DNA from: Candidatus Bathyarchaeota archaeon
GTDB taxonomy: Archaea; Thermoproteota; Bathyarchaeia; Bathyarchaeales; Bathycorpusculaceae
Direction: 5' to 3'
DNA: 64,000 bases
Assembly: GCA_963772455.1 (NCBI GenBank)
Contig: CAVYXJ010000012.1
Coordinates: 96,001 to 160,000, forward strand
A model generated the notes under the pieces. It saw nothing but the letters and a program-made list of their open reading frames with translations. It ran no database searches and had not been told where the DNA came from. Both the position numbers and the translations under genes were made by a program. Shown here in pieces: positions 61,727 to 64,000 of this stretch (positions within the stretch are counted from its first letter, which is position 1; every line of letters begins with the position of its first letter).

Positions 61727-62911
61727 ACGGGAACATCCCAAACATTTACGATAAAGTACGTTGTACACGCTAGATTTGAAATTGAAGGTGTAGTTGAAAA
61801 ACCTGATGTTATTGGAGCAGTTTTTGGTCAAACCGAAGGACTTTTTGGACCAGAACTTGATTTACGTGAACTCCAAAAAACTGGGCGCATAGGCAGAATT
61901 GAAATTGACTTACACTCCAAAAATGATCGAACCACTGGTTCTATAACTATTCCAACAAGCTTAGATCGAGTTTCTACAGCCTTAATTGCAGCAAGCGTAG
62001 AGAGCATAAACCGCGTTGGACCATGCTCAGCCAAAGTAACTCTAGATAAAATCGAAGACATCAGAGAAGCACGACGAAAAATAATCATCGACCGAGCCAA
62101 AGAAATCCTGCACAAATGGAACATCGAATCTATGCCAAGCGTAGACGAAGTCTACAAAGAAATCTCAGATACAATGAAAGTTGGCAAAGTGGAAAAGTAT
62201 GGACCTGAAGATTTACCTGCTGGACCAGGATTAGAGGGAGCAAAAGAAATCTTTGTGGTAGAAGGTCGTGCGGACATTATCAATTTAATGCGATGTGGAA
62301 TCTTTAACACTGTAGCACTCGAAGGCGCAAAAGTTCCTGACTCAATAAGGAAGATTACAAAAGAAAAATTAGCCACAGCATTGCTTGACGGTGACCGAGG
62401 CGGAGACTTAATCTTAAAAGAGCTCATGCAAGTAACAAACGTAAAGTTTGTCGGTCGCGCACCAAGAGGCAAAGAAATTGAAGAATGCAACTGCAAAGAA
62501 ATCGCCGAAGCCATTGAAAACAAGTTGCCAATTGCAGAAGCTGCAGGAGTTCAAGTACCCAAACCAACACCAGCACCAAAAAAGATAGTTGTTCCAGAAC
62601 GTGTCAAAATTGAAGTCCCAGAAACCATAAGTCAAGCAGCAAAAGCATTAGTTGGAACATTAGAAGCGGTACTGCTCAACAGTAAACTCGAGTTAATCGA
62701 GCGTCTTCCAGTAAGTCAATTAGCCGAGAAGCTTTCGCAGATGACAGGTGTTGAAGCTGTAGTCTTTGATGGCATTATTACTCAGAGAATCGTTGACATT
62801 GCAGCTGACAAAAACATCAAACGAATTGTTGCCTCACGCGTCTCTGAAGCCGTTAAACCAGCTTTGAACGTTGAATTGATAACGTTCCAAGACGCTATTC
62901 CCCCAGCCTAA
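61727..62911 (+). CDS. dnaG: Archaeal DnaG-type protein (exosome-associated, TOPRIM); apparent ACG start
   Basis: Open frame from 61727: KY.....EIEGVVEKPDVIGAVFGQTEGL, LRELQKTGRIGRI, VVEGRAD, DGDRGG. Confidence 0.93.
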   Translation, partial: TGTSQTFTIKYVVHARFEIEGVVEKPDVIGAVFGQTEGLFGPELDLRELQKTGRIGRIEIDLHSKNDRTTGSITIPTSLDRVSTALIAASVESINRVGPCSAKVTLDKIEDIREARRKIIIDRAKEILHKWNIESMPSVDEVYKEISDTMKVGKVEKYGPEDLPAGPGLEGAKEIFVVEGRADIINLMRCGIFNTVALEGAKVPDSIRKITKEKLATALLDGDRGGDLILKELMQVTNVKFVGRAPRGKEIEECNCKEIAEAIENKLPIAEAAGVQVPKPTPAPKKIVVPERVKIEVPETISQAAKALVGTLEAVLLNSKLELIERLPVSQLAEKLSQMTGVEAVVFDGIITQRIVDIAADKNIKRIVASRVSEAVKPALNVELITFQDAIPPA

Positions 62912-64000
62912 ACGTAATCCATTAGGCTTCTAATTTCTTCTGTTTCTTTCCCTTCTTTTAGCAATTCTTCTTCTTTAACATCAAAGAATGAAAGTATTCT
63001 TGAGGCTGCAGGAATCACTTGATTGGTAATGTAGTAATCCATGTCTATTTCCTCGATTTTTGCGAAGATGTAAGGTTTAACTCGGCTGTATAGGCGTCCT
63101 TTTCCTTCAAGGATAACATAACCTACCTTGTCACCGCCAGCCAAACGCCACCCTTTTTCCTTAAGCATTTTTGCAGCCTCAACATGAGGCGCTCTATTGG
63201 CGTATTCGTCAGGAGATTTCGTGAGAGTTTTCCATATAATTAGTTCAGTAAACGGGACTTTTCGTTGTTTTAAGTCAGCAACAACTGAACGTACATAATC
63301 AGCTGCTTTTTTAGGAGACTGCTCCCGTAGGATTATTTCAAGAACATGTTCCTGCACATCTTTAGCAACTTTTGCCCAGTCCCCACGAATAACCTCCAAA
63401 CCCACAATGTCAAGACTGCCATCCTGCCGTAACCCTGCATACCGTTTCTTGGCTTCTGTGAAGAAAATACGCGTATAAACTTCCCCAATTTCAACTTCAA
63501 GTTTTAGTTCGCATTTGATTTCTTCTTCCAGCTTTGAAATCTTTGCTTTATCGTAGCTAAGAAATAGGCTGTCCGTGTCGCCATAAACTACTTGTATTCC
63601 TGCATATTCAGCCATTTTTGAAGCAGACAAAATAATGTGCCTACCCCAAGCTGATGCGGCTTCCGCAACTGGTTTAAGGTACCATCTTGCTCCAATCCAA
63701 CCAGCATATCCGTAAGCTGCGTTTGTGATGATTTTAACAGCCTTTTGACGTGCATCCAAAACGTGGTATTCAACAGTTTTTGGATCTGTAGTTTTCATTC
63801 TTTGCCGAATTGTTCCTCGCACTTTGATTAGGTATGTTATTGCTTCTTTGTAAAATCCCGGAGGTGCCTTGCGAAATTTATGACCTACCTCTGGAGCTGA
63901 ATAAACGCCGCCTATTGGCATTGGCTCATCAGGGGCAACATAAGTATCGGGCGACAGGTTGTAAGTTATCATGATGTTGGGGTACATCGATTTGAAATCT
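62908..64000 (-). CDS. polB: Family B DNA polymerase (PolB3-like), 5' truncated by the window edge
   Basis: DFKSMYP, K...NA.YGY, intact YGDTDS, KKRY. Confidence 0.93.
   Translation of the reverse strand, partial: DFKSMYPNIMITYNLSPDTYVAPDEPMPIGGVYSAPEVGHKFRKAPPGFYKEAITYLIKVRGTIRQRMKTTDPKTVEYHVLDARQKAVKIITNAAYGYAGWIGARWYLKPVAEAASAWGRHIILSASKMAEYAGIQVVYGDTDSLFLSYDKAKISKLEEEIKCELKLEVEIGEVYTRIFFTEAKKRYAGLRQDGSLDIVGLEVIRGDWAKVAKDVQEHVLEIILREQSPKKAADYVRSVVADLKQRKVPFTELIIWKTLTKSPDEYANRAPHVEAAKMLKEKGWRLAGGDKVGYVILEGKGRLYSRVKPYIFAKIEEIDMDYYITNQVIPAASRILSFFDVKEEELLKEGKETEEIRSLMDYV

Overview
AT-rich archaeal chromosomal segment, most consistent with Bathyarchaeia (TACK). This assignment is inferred from aIF-1A/RIO1/Dim2, aIF-2beta/DUF424, archaeal DnaG, PolB2 plus PolB3, REC-PAS-histidine kinases and many PT-linker surface proteins. 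Housekeeping blocks alternate with accessory stretches of secreted and membrane genes; there is one tRNA-Gly(GCC) and no rRNA, CRISPR array, transposase or integrase. At least 8 genes are split by single-base indels, mostly in homopolymers, which probably reflects long-read assembly error. Main leads: (1) a recurring 9-4-9 palindrome (TTAGTCAAG-N4-CTTGACNAA) fused to a fixed BRE/TATA module in front of four unrelated surface-protein genes, which also brackets one gene as a 25-bp direct repeat overlapping its stop codon, suggesting a gene-cassette or surface-display system; (2) a voltage-sensor domain fused to a DUF4239/bestrophin-like domain; (3) a synonymous-diverged fossil of the ychF 3' end marking a xenologous replacement; (4) dnaG with an apparent ACG start behind a hairpin leader; (5) archaeal CblT/CblS-like alpha-ribazole salvage genes and an eL22-like paralog.
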